Positions 10,724 to 19,314 of a DNA stretch of 64,000 nucleotides are shown piece after piece. The position numbers and the translations under genes were made by a program. Numbering within the stretch: position 1 is the stretch's first letter; every line of letters starts with the position of its first letter. The notes beneath the pieces are model-generated. The model was not told where the DNA came from, searched no databases, and saw only the letters and a list, made by a program, of their open reading frames with translations. The DNA comes from a virus (Duplodnaviria; Caudoviricetes), in IMG/VR virus record IMGVR_UViG_3300025707_000003, positions 32,001 through 96,000 of that record. One strand, written 5' to 3'.

Positions 10724-10763
10724 TTAAAGGAGATTGCGAATGATCTATTTAAACTATGTACCC

Positions 10764-11636
10764 TTAAATCTCTTCAATGACATAGTTAAGTTTAGTTCTA
10801 AGTCGCTTACCACTAGATGCGAGATATTGAAACGACTCCTCAGAAGCACCAAGTTGACGAATAATACTTTTTCGCTCATCTTCATCTAGGTATCCGAACG
10901 CTTCAAGAACTTGCTTCTCACTCCACCCTCTCTCCTCATAAAGATACTCATAAGGGTACTGTTTAAGAGCTTTCTCGATCTCTTCTTCTGCTTCTCCCAT
11001 AAGATCATTGCGGGCAGACTCTGGTAACTCGTTCAACATATTATTATAGTCAAATACCATTACTTCTGCACGATCAGAATAAAGACGATTGATCTCTCCA
11101 TTAACTTCTGGATCCATCCTCGCTTCCCAATAAGCCAGCTCCTCTTCATATGACTCTTTCTTTTCGGTCAAATCTGCCCTCTCAAGGATTTCGTCATCGT
11201 CTAAGTCTTCGATTTGTTCCTCCGCCCATTGAGTAGCCCACATTCCAATATCACCGTAAGGTAGACTCGCAGTGGTTACAATGATGTCTCTTGCCCAAGG
11301 CACTCTTACAACCACTTCTTTAACAGAATGGTTATCGAGCATCTCATCCATGATCTCTTCATTCATCTGTGTCTTAACATCATCATCCTCATAGATGATG
11401 TAATCACTCCAATCAGAAGAAACCAAGATCACATCTTTATGACCTTGAAAGTATTCCCAGACTTGACCGTTTCTTCTCTCTTTAAGATCAGACCTAGTTT
11501 GGGCTTTAGTTTCTCGACTTTCAACTAGAACTTCTAAAGCCCAAGTTATCCATTGAGGTTCTTTCTTAGATTGCTTTTCAAGTTGGGCAATCCTATTCTC
11601 AAGTTTATTAATGATTTCTGATGCTGATTTTCTCAT
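10764..11636 (-). CDS. Leader-family protein (MRKSASEIINKLENRIAQLE) with acidic cargo domain
   Basis: Shared N-terminal leader; aaatggagaaaaatcATG translation initiation region. Confidence 0.8.
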   Translation of the reverse strand: MRKSASEIINKLENRIAQLEKQSKKEPQWITWALEVLVESRETKAQTRSDLKERRNGQVWEYFQGHKDVILVSSDWSDYIIYEDDDVKTQMNEEIMDEMLDNHSVKEVVVRVPWARDIIVTTASLPYGDIGMWATQWAEEQIEDLDDDEILERADLTEKKESYEEELAYWEARMDPEVNGEINRLYSDRAEVMVFDYNNMLNELPESARNDLMGEAEEEIEKALKQYPYEYLYEERGWSEKQVLEAFGYLDEDERKSIIRQLGASEESFQYLASSGKRLRTKLNYVIEEI

Positions 11637-11663
11637 GATTTTTCTCCATTTGATTAAAATAAA

Positions 11664-12071
11664 TTAGTACGCACCCTTGATGCTTTTGATCTCTGATTTG
11701 ACTTCTTCATGTAGGTCATACCATCGATCAGAGATGGAAGCATAAAAGCGATCCTCTCTCATTGAAAATGAAGGCATACTCTCTAATGCTTGCTCCAGCT
11801 CTTGCATCGCTTCAAGAACTTTGACTGCACTCTCTCTTACAGATAATTGACGAGCAGTCTTGTTTCCCTTGTACTCAGGAGTTTTACGATACTCTTTAAC
11901 GAGTCTTTCGTATTCTTCATTTTGAGACTTGGTGAGATTATCATCGTCTTCAAGTTTTTGCAGGTCATCAAGTCTCGACCTGTCTTTTTTAGACATAGTG
12001 TGTGCTGATATTTCAAGTTGTGCGATTCTTGATTCAAGATCCCTGAGTACTTCACTTGCTGATTTTCTCAT
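11664..12071 (-). CDS. Leader-family protein (MRKSASEVLRDLESRIAQLE), 135 aa
   Basis: Start reassigned to ATG 12071 after aaatggagg; C-terminal ~60 aa resemble the C-terminus of 42383..43147. Confidence 0.8.
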   Translation of the reverse strand: MRKSASEVLRDLESRIAQLEISAHTMSKKDRSRLDDLQKLEDDDNLTKSQNEEYERLVKEYRKTPEYKGNKTARQLSVRESAVKVLEAMQELEQALESMPSFSMREDRFYASISDRWYDLHEEVKSEIKSIKGAY

Positions 12072-12148
12072 AAGAGTCCTCCATTTTTGGCTAGGGTTGC
12101 TGAGATTATATAAGTATAATAATAGATAAACTATCAAAGGATTAGCAT

Positions 12149-13123
12149 ATGATAAAGCTACTATGGAGAACAGATGTCCACATGGGAGATAAAACCCCAC
12201 GCAGACGCACTGGAAACTGGACGGATGATGTGGTCAACAAGCTCAAGTGGATTGGTGATCTCGCTAAGGATAAAGAGATTGACGCTGTACTTGATGGTGG
12301 AGACTTCTTTGATGTCAAATCACCCACCAAGAATAGCCATAGTTTAGTCCGTAAGGCTTGTGACGCACATGAGGGGTATCCTTGCCCTACTTATGGTCTA
12401 GTCGGCAACCACGATGTAAAATATGGCAATATAGACTACCTACCCGAACAACCTCTAGGAGTCCTATTCTCATCGGGTGTCTTTAAGCAGTTTGGCGATG
12501 ATGTAGAAATAAACTTTGAAAAAGATGGGGTCAAAGTTCGTGTAGTCGGTGTGCCTTATCATGGTGTCATTTATGACTTTGATCGGATCAAGAACATAAA
12601 AAAGAAAGACGAGGATTACCTACTAGTCGCTAGCCACCTCCTCGCTCGACAAGGTAAGACTGGATCAATGTTTGAGAATGAGGATATAGTTGGATATGAC
12701 TTCCTTAATGAGAACACAGAAGTAGACGCTTGGTTCTTTGGTCATTGGCACAAAGATCAAGGCATCTCCACGCTCTTAAATGGAGCAAGGGTTGTCAATG
12801 TAGGGTCATTAACAAGAGGTTCTTTACACCTTGATGACTTAGACCGTAGACCTTGTGTGGTAGAGGTTCAAGCCACCAAAGAGTCGCTTAACTTCATCAG
12901 ACACGATGTTCCTGTACGAGATGCCAATGAGGTATTCAAGATCGAGGAAACTGTGCGTGAAAAGGAAGATAAGCAACGAATGATCGACATTGTAGACAAG
13001 ATGAAAGCAGTAGCCACATCGGGTTGGTCTGAACTTACTCTTAAAGAGCGTGTAATGCAGACTATGGGTTCAAATGGAGCTAAGGAAATGGCTATCTCTT
13101 ATCTTGAACAAGTCGAGGATTAA
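12149..13123 (+). CDS. SbcD/Mre11-like metallophosphoesterase nuclease
   Basis: Calcineurin-like motifs DVH, GDFFD, GNHD, GHWH and VNVGSL. Confidence 0.8.
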   Translation: MIKLLWRTDVHMGDKTPRRRTGNWTDDVVNKLKWIGDLAKDKEIDAVLDGGDFFDVKSPTKNSHSLVRKACDAHEGYPCPTYGLVGNHDVKYGNIDYLPEQPLGVLFSSGVFKQFGDDVEINFEKDGVKVRVVGVPYHGVIYDFDRIKNIKKKDEDYLLVASHLLARQGKTGSMFENEDIVGYDFLNENTEVDAWFFGHWHKDQGISTLLNGARVVNVGSLTRGSLHLDDLDRRPCVVEVQATKESLNFIRHDVPVRDANEVFKIEETVREKEDKQRMIDIVDKMKAVATSGWSELTLKERVMQTMGSNGAKEMAISYLEQVED

Positions 13124-13124
13124 G
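13088..13124. repeat. 37 bp direct repeat copy 1 (3' end of SbcD-like gene)
   Basis: atggctatctcttatcttgaacaagtcgaggattaag; copy 2 at 13614-13650 has 2 mismatches. Confidence 0.95.
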
Positions 13125-13125
13125 A

Positions 13126-13512
13126 TTAAAGACTTTTAAGATAATCTAAAATGTCTTCATCTCTTCTTAATCCGTTTGGTTGGCCTTGGTCATGGTAGAT
13201 AATCTCGATTAAGTCGGTTGCGATAAGCACCTGGTCTTTTCTCGGTCTTTCCATAGACATACCAACTACATAACTATGATCAATGTCATCACTAGTTGAG
13301 AAGTGGTTAAAGATTTCGCCTTTTGACATGAAATAAGTTTTCATTCTGCGACCTCCACCATCTTGACCGTACTTATCTTTAAATGGTGCGAAGAGGGTAA
13401 ATTGCCCTTGCCCAAGAGCTTCCCTAGCTGGGTGCTTTCGGCCTGCTTGTCTTTCAAGTCTTGCAATCCTTGACTCAAGATTACGAATAACTTCGGTTGC
13501 TGATCTTCTCAT
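13126..13512 (-). CDS. Leader-family protein (MRRSATEVIRNLESRIARLERQA), 128 aa
   Basis: Start reassigned to ATG 13512; conserved UTR and class A motif at 13560-13572. Confidence 0.8.
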   Translation of the reverse strand: MRRSATEVIRNLESRIARLERQAGRKHPAREALGQGQFTLFAPFKDKYGQDGGGRRMKTYFMSKGEIFNHFSTSDDIDHSYVVGMSMERPRKDQVLIATDLIEIIYHDQGQPNGLRRDEDILDYLKSL

Positions 13513-13613
13513 GGTTTTCTCCATTTTGTTTGTGGTTAAAGAGATCACTTATGAGAACCTATAAAAGAACTATTAAAACAAGAAATAGATAAAAGTAGGA
13601 ATAAGGGGTGGGG

Positions 13614-13650
13614 ATGGCTATCTCTTATCTTGAACGAGTCGAGGACTAAG
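13614..13650. repeat. 37 bp direct repeat copy 2 (duplicate of SbcD-like gene end)
   Basis: atggctatctcttatcttgaacgagtcgaggactaag lying between two leader cassettes. Confidence 0.95.
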
Positions 13651-13653
13651 TTA

Positions 13654-14121
13654 TTAGGCTTTTGTGATGTCATAGTCTGCACGAGCCTTTAGATTGCTCT
13701 TTAGGATGCTCTGTAGTTTATTAGCACAAGAGTTATAACTTTGGCTCTCACATCCAGTAGCAACAAATACTTGATAGAGACAACTCCAACAACCACCTTG
13801 AAGATTGTCTGATCCGTCATCAAGACCCCAACTGATTTGTAGTTGACCCCCCCCTATATCAACATATGCGTATAGGCTTGTTCCTCTCTCAATGTCTCCT
13901 TCCTCGATTCCTTCTTCAAGACTGGATTTAGCAGACTCAATATCACTGTTAACTTCTGCAATAATCTCTGCAAAAGTCATGTCGGTGTTTCGATCTCTTG
14001 GGTGACCTGTGTACCAACCTGTACTGATCTTTAGACCAGAATGTTTGTTGGCAGTACGACCTTCAAGACGAGCAATCCTCATCTGAAGGTTGCGAATAAT
14101 TTCTGATGCTGATCTTTTCAT
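13654..14121 (-). CDS. Leader-family protein (MKRSASEIIRNLQMRIARLEGRTA), 155 aa
   Basis: Start reassigned to ATG 14121; conserved UTR; class A motif 14169-14181 directly after the RecD2 stop. Confidence 0.8.
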   Translation of the reverse strand: MKRSASEIIRNLQMRIARLEGRTANKHSGLKISTGWYTGHPRDRNTDMTFAEIIAEVNSDIESAKSSLEEGIEEGDIERGTSLYAYVDIGGGQLQISWGLDDGSDNLQGGCWSCLYQVFVATGCESQSYNSCANKLQSILKSNLKARADYDITKA

Positions 14122-14181
14122 GGTTTTTCTCCATTTTGTTAAGGTTAATGAGATCACTTAAGATCAATTATAAATAAACTA

Positions 14182-16260
14182 TTAAAATCTATACCTCAAC
14201 CTAGAGTACCTAAGACCACTAGACGAGTTTCCTACACAAATCGCTACTGCGTCCTTATCTCCAATCAGCACTGCCTTATCCTTCGCTCTCGTGACAGCGG
14301 TGTAGAGCAAAGAGCGTTGTAAGAGGTTTGAACTATGTTCGGTGGTCATAGGCATAATGATGGTGTCGTACTCAAGACCTTGGCTCTTATGAACAGTCGT
14401 AGCATAAGCGAGTCTCAATAGCTTCCTTACTTGATCAGAAGGGATGTCTACGATTTGATCTTTTACACCTTTGATGAGTACGCTCACGCTTGTTTTATCA
14501 ATCGACCTAATACGACCTATATCACCATTATAAACATTGAGGTCATACTCATTCTTGGTGATCATAACTCGATCACCTACTCGGATTGAATCTTTACCTA
14601 CCCGAATGAAAGCACCTCCTATATCGGGGTTCAAAGCAGATCTAAGCTCTCTGTTAAGATTAGTAACACCCACTTTGCCATGATGAGTAGGACTAACCAC
14701 ATGGAAATCTATTTGATCCATGTGAAGCTCTTTACACCGTCCCACAATTTCATCGAGAATGTCTTGTGAGGTATAACGATCAATGAACTGATAATCTTTA
14801 TTGTGTTGTGGCACTTCACCTGCATGGATCTTGTGAGCGGCAATTGTCACCCCACTCCCCTCTCCTTGCCTAAAGATTTCTGTAAGGTGTTCTCTCGGTA
14901 CTGCGTTCGACTCAATAAGTTCCGAAAGAACAAACCCTGCACCAACAGGTGGAAGCTGTGCTATATCACCTACCATGATGACTCGACACTTGGGTGAGAT
15001 GCCTTTCATCACACGCCACATGAGGTGTAAGTCAATCATAGAGGATTCGTCTATAATGACAACTGACTCTGGTCGAGGATTCTGAGGATTATGTCTCCAT
15101 AGTTCTCGACTTGGGTCATTGCTATTGCCAATACCTTTAACTCCACTTTCTTCATCTTTCTTAACCCCTTCATAATCAGACTTGTCCTTCTTATCCTCTG
15201 AGGGCAATCCTGCACCGAACGCTCTATGGACTGTGAAAGCGTCCATATTGGTTAATGCACTAGCTCGTTTAGCGGCTATTCCTGTGGGGGCGATGAGTAA
15301 GATACTTTCTTTACGATCACGCAAGATTTTACAGAGCGTATTAAGGATAGTCGTCTTACCTGTTCCTGGTAATCCTGTCACGATTGAAAAAGGCTCTATA
15401 AGACCCTGTTGGATTGCTTTGAGTTGTGTATTGGTCAATGGGTAGCGTGAATATGCTTTAATGTCATCAATACTTATTGATTGAAGCATACTATTCACTC
15501 GGAGAGGAGATTTAATTTCTTCGGCAACAGCTACCTCCATTTTATGATAAGAAGGCAAATAAAGGGCAATAGAGGAGTCTTGTGATATCTTATCTACCAC
15601 AATGCGAGTCGGCTTCGCCTCTTTCATCGACTTGATGACTTGACCTATCTCTTTCGGGTTCGTCAAGCCTGTGAGGATAGCAGTATCTTTGAATACCGTA
15701 TTTGTGTCTAAATAACAATGACCTTGATACACACCTTGAAGCATAGACCAAAAGATAGAGGCTTCAACTCGACCTTCATTTTCTGGGTCAAAGTCCTTTT
15801 TAAGAAGCGTCTTAGCAATTTCATCAGCACCTTGAAAAGAGACACCTTTATAAACCAACGACCAAGGGTTTTTAGCAATAGAACTCGGAGATATTTGAAC
15901 ATCATTCCAAATAGAGTTTATGATGTTCAAAGGCACTCCTGCTTCAGACAGACTTGAGATAACCTCGATGGACTCTTGCATAAGAGGGTCAGACCAATCT
16001 GCCCAACTGTAGAGAGCCGACCCTTTAAGATACTTAGGGTTAATCGGATTACGAACTATATCAAGGTTCTTCTTCCCATTACGCTTGTCGAGGACTTCCT
16101 TACCTTGAAAGGTAAATACTTGACCTTTTGAAACAGGGCCTGCAATCTTACCTTTGACCACGATAGGCTTTGTATCGGCCTCAGAAGCTACGATACACCT
16201 TAGAATATAATAAGGTGGGTTGGCAAAAATCTGCCCCAACACTTTGGCAACATAAAACAC
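14182..16260 (-). CDS. recD2: RecD2-like (RecD/TraA family) SF1B helicase
   Basis: Walker A GLPGTGKTT, APTGIAAKR, IIDESSM, GDIAQLPPVG, AYATTVHKSQGLEY, LLYTAVTRAK; HhH-like N-terminal region. Confidence 0.85.
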   Translation of the reverse strand: MFYVAKVLGQIFANPPYYILRCIVASEADTKPIVVKGKIAGPVSKGQVFTFQGKEVLDKRNGKKNLDIVRNPINPKYLKGSALYSWADWSDPLMQESIEVISSLSEAGVPLNIINSIWNDVQISPSSIAKNPWSLVYKGVSFQGADEIAKTLLKKDFDPENEGRVEASIFWSMLQGVYQGHCYLDTNTVFKDTAILTGLTNPKEIGQVIKSMKEAKPTRIVVDKISQDSSIALYLPSYHKMEVAVAEEIKSPLRVNSMLQSISIDDIKAYSRYPLTNTQLKAIQQGLIEPFSIVTGLPGTGKTTILNTLCKILRDRKESILLIAPTGIAAKRASALTNMDAFTVHRAFGAGLPSEDKKDKSDYEGVKKDEESGVKGIGNSNDPSRELWRHNPQNPRPESVVIIDESSMIDLHLMWRVMKGISPKCRVIMVGDIAQLPPVGAGFVLSELIESNAVPREHLTEIFRQGEGSGVTIAAHKIHAGEVPQHNKDYQFIDRYTSQDILDEIVGRCKELHMDQIDFHVVSPTHHGKVGVTNLNRELRSALNPDIGGAFIRVGKDSIRVGDRVMITKNEYDLNVYNGDIGRIRSIDKTSVSVLIKGVKDQIVDIPSDQVRKLLRLAYATTVHKSQGLEYDTIIMPMTTEHSSNLLQRSLLYTAVTRAKDKAVLIGDKDAVAICVGNSSSGLRYSRLRYRF

Positions 16261-16374
16261 GAGAAGTCCTTTCTCTACTTAGGAGATCATTTTCTTGTGT
16301 TATATGATTTAACCCTAATACATCTAGCTGTTCGAGAGGAACTGCTCCATAGTAGTTGAACTCATCTTAGCCCC

Positions 16375-16971
16375 TTATTTTAAAAGATCGAACTCTTCTT
16401 TAGTTATATCTACTGGGTAGGGGTTGGGTTTGATGAGATGAGGATGGAACTCCACAAACATCGGCCCATGACAAACCTTTTGGATTGCGTCAAGATTCTT
16501 CTGTGTGTCTTCCCAAACAGAAACACTTGTGATGTTTGGGTACTTCTTTAAGAGATCAAATACTAACTTGGCTTTATACCTCGCTGTCGATCCAGTTCCT
16601 GGCTTTAAGTGAACCTCATCAAAATCAAGACCCTTCCCCTTTAACAACTCTGCAACACGATAACGCATCGCACCATTGTCATTAGGGCGACCTGTACACA
16701 TGATCGCAAGAGTGTCCATATCAGAGATTGATCTCTTAGCCTCAGAAACAACCCCACCATACCAATAATCCCCACTTGGCTTTTGAGGGACAAAAGGTTC
16801 ACTCAAACTAATTGCCTCATTAAACCAATAGCCCATCTTTTTCTTCGACCACCACTCTGGTGGTTCGGGGCTTCTGAAGAGGGTATTGTCAAAGTCAAAT
16901 ATGTGAAGCTCAAGATTTTCTGAGCTTGTTTTCATATACTTTGTAGCAACTCTCGCAACAAGATTTCTCAT
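16375..16971 (-). CDS. HAD-family phosphatase (Swiss Army Knife RNA-repair-like HAD) with RVATKYM leader
   Basis: HIFDFDNTLFRSP motif I, CTGR motif II, VWED motif IV; paralog of the N-terminal part of 42383..43147. Confidence 0.7.
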   Translation of the reverse strand: MRNLVARVATKYMKTSSENLELHIFDFDNTLFRSPEPPEWWSKKKMGYWFNEAISLSEPFVPQKPSGDYWYGGVVSEAKRSISDMDTLAIMCTGRPNDNGAMRYRVAELLKGKGLDFDEVHLKPGTGSTARYKAKLVFDLLKKYPNITSVSVWEDTQKNLDAIQKVCHGPMFVEFHPHLIKPNPYPVDITKEEFDLLK

Positions 16972-17025
16972 GTTCGTTCTCCTTTAAGGTATTATAAACA
17001 ATCAACAGTAATAAAGGATCTACAA

Positions 17026-17907
17026 ATGATTGTTATACTTTCTCCGACATCACAGTTAGCTACCGACACTCTTAGGGTATCAAACCCTCCTGCATTATCA
17101 GTTGAAGCAGAATATGGAGGGTTCGTCCTTGAGGGTACAAAATACACTGCCGCTCACCATCAACCTCTAGGTTCTCCTTATGTTGGAAGACACCTCACAC
17201 CCTTTGGTAGACCTGCCCCTTGTAATGATGCAGGCATACCGAAACTCAATGAAGATGAGGTCGCACTGATCTCTCATATAGACATCGACACTCTAGGTGG
17301 GCTTATGCGAGCTACAGATCAGTTCGTGGATAATGGAGTCTTTTGGTTCTATGCTGAACATATTGACACCAACGGAATCCACAAGGCAAAACAAGACCAC
17401 CCTTGTTGGGTTCTATATAATGGATTAATTGCATGGATTAACGAGAACCACCCAGAGATAGACCCGAAAAGAAACAACGATGTAACCGATTTCTGCTATC
17501 AGGCGTTCGACTTCATTAAAGAAATGCTCACTGATGGTCAGATCGCTACTCAAATGGGTAATGCTCATATCTCTATTCAAGAAAAGCTCGATGAGTCTAC
17601 CCTCGTAGAGATGCGACCCTGTGGCTTGATCGTTAGACGAACAAGAGGAGAAAAGGTAAATCATCTTTATCGTGAAGAAAATGCAGTCATAACCTTCGAT
17701 GAAAAGTATAAGAAGATTAGGATTTCTACTGCTGACCCCATTAAAAATCTATCTTGCAGACGACTCGTTCAAGAATGGTGGGGTGATCGAGCTGGTGGAC
17801 ATGATCAGATCGCAGGTTCTGCAAGAGGTCAAATCATGTCCGAAGATCAGTTTAAAGAAGCAATAGAAAGGTTTGAAACTGAACTGACTAGATCATTACA
17901 AAGGTAA
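17026..17907 (+). CDS. Hypothetical protein, possibly a DHH-like phosphoesterase
   Basis: 293 aa; HH, SHIDID and C-terminal AGGH motifs are suggestive only. Confidence 0.55.
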   Translation: MIVILSPTSQLATDTLRVSNPPALSVEAEYGGFVLEGTKYTAAHHQPLGSPYVGRHLTPFGRPAPCNDAGIPKLNEDEVALISHIDIDTLGGLMRATDQFVDNGVFWFYAEHIDTNGIHKAKQDHPCWVLYNGLIAWINENHPEIDPKRNNDVTDFCYQAFDFIKEMLTDGQIATQMGNAHISIQEKLDESTLVEMRPCGLIVRRTRGEKVNHLYREENAVITFDEKYKKIRISTADPIKNLSCRRLVQEWWGDRAGGHDQIAGSARGQIMSEDQFKEAIERFETELTRSLQR

Positions 17908-17909
17908 AG

Positions 17910-18503
17910 CTAAAAACCCTTCTCTTTGAGTGTCTTCTTATACTCAGACCATGATCTCCTAAAGGTTAGCATGAAACCCTCAAGATCATCATAAAGACTA
18001 GATGGAGTGAGTACACCAGAGAGCTTAGGTAAACCCCAACCACCGTTAAAGAGATCCTGTAAAAAGTCATCTGTAGATGTGTGGCCAGTATGTTCTCGTT
18101 CATCGCTGAAGTTGATCGAATACTCGACCATCTCTTCACCATAGCTAAACTCGATGTCGATCTGTAAACGATCTTCATCACAGATCATCACACCACAAAA
18201 GTCACATTCTTCCTCTGTAGTTTCTTCGACTCGAAACCCAAGCTCATGTAGAACTTTGAGGAACGCACCAATTGCGTAAAAAGTGTTCTGACCTTCTAGG
18301 ATCTCATCAGTGACCCCACGAACACCATTACGCTTCTCAGTCATGGATTGCTCGATGAGATTCTGTCGAGCGTTTTCCTCGATAGCACACTCAAACATCA
18401 AACCATAAGTTTTAAAGGTATCGAGGACACCTTTTAGTGCTGTGTCAGCTTCAAGAAAGTCTGCGAAGATGAACTTCTCGTCCTCTTGATAATCTTCTTG
18501 CAT
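17910..18503 (-). CDS. Hypothetical acidic protein
   Basis: 197 aa ORF with GGAGG RBS and class B motif at 18525-18541. Confidence 0.7.
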   Translation of the reverse strand: MQEDYQEDEKFIFADFLEADTALKGVLDTFKTYGLMFECAIEENARQNLIEQSMTEKRNGVRGVTDEILEGQNTFYAIGAFLKVLHELGFRVEETTEEECDFCGVMICDEDRLQIDIEFSYGEEMVEYSINFSDEREHTGHTSTDDFLQDLFNGGWGLPKLSGVLTPSSLYDDLEGFMLTFRRSWSEYKKTLKEKGF

Positions 18504-18602
18504 ATTGTCCTCCGTTCTAAGGGGTATAAATAAAGGGTTACAAATCGACCCTCATATCTACTAACGAACCCTAGAACACAAATCGGACAACTTTTCTTCG
18601 AT

Positions 18603-19166
18603 TTATTTTTTATCTTGACCGAAATCCCAAGGTAAATCGTACATATCTTGACCCGAACGAGCATCTTTCCAACCGATCCTAGCTTGGAGTGAACCACGAG
18701 CGGGGATGATTTCTCCCTTTGCAAGAAGCTCGTTGCTGTATTTAGCTCCCACGCCATTGGTTGCGATGGTGATGTGAGGATCATCATTCTTAACAAGTCG
18801 AGATAGAGGGCCTTTAGGCTCTACAAGTACAGCCATCCCCTTATCATCATGTGCGTAGCCCACGATGTCTAATACAACGGGTTTGCCGATTAGATCAGCA
18901 TAAGGTTCAAGAATGTTGGACTCGGCCCGACCTTCTCTCTTAAGAGCTTTCTTATCCTTTTTATCAAAGAACTCGATGGTCATGTGGTGAGCGGCAACTT
19001 TCCACCCCATTGCTTCGGGATCAAGACCTGCTTGATCCTGAAACCAATTAAGTAAGTCTCTCGTGTCGATAACTGCTTCTGCAAACATAACACTTGCAGG
19101 TTTCTCTTCGGCAAGCTTCCTCATGTGTGTAGAGGCAACTCTTCGGATCATGCGATTGTAGTTCAT
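18603..19166 (-). CDS. 2H phosphoesterase (tRNA-ligase CPD-like) with RRVASTHM leader
   Basis: Two HxT motifs (AHHMTI, DPHITI); class A motif at 19212-19224. Confidence 0.7.
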   Translation of the reverse strand: MNYNRMIRRVASTHMRKLAEEKPASVMFAEAVIDTRDLLNWFQDQAGLDPEAMGWKVAAHHMTIEFFDKKDKKALKREGRAESNILEPYADLIGKPVVLDIVGYAHDDKGMAVLVEPKGPLSRLVKNDDPHITIATNGVGAKYSNELLAKGEIIPARGSLQARIGWKDARSGQDMYDLPWDFGQDKK

Positions 19167-19234
19167 ATTAAACTCCTTTTAGGTTTGATTAAATGCATAT
19201 AAACTAGAGCTTATAAACAATCTACAAATAGAGT

Positions 19235-19250
19235 GTAACCCCTTATCTAT
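19235..19250 (+). promoter_or_regulatory. Class B motif, putative early promoter
   Basis: gtaaccccttatctat upstream of the SNF2 helicase; identical to 48521-48536 on the minus strand. Confidence 0.55.
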
Positions 19251-19314
19251 TGAGTTGTGTGGGAAAGGTATATAGACCGAACCCAAACCCCTTACTCCAA
19301 ACAAGGAGATCCCA

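Noticed and set aside
10726-10763. aaggag + ATG on the plus strand resembling a remnant gene start
   Set aside because: Too short, with no convincing similarity to the SbcD 5' end or any other gene in the window.
14169-14181. T4-type late promoter TATAAATA
   Set aside because: The octamer lies on the antisense strand relative to the downstream genes and is only one variant of the broader TAGT-N3-TTTATW motif.
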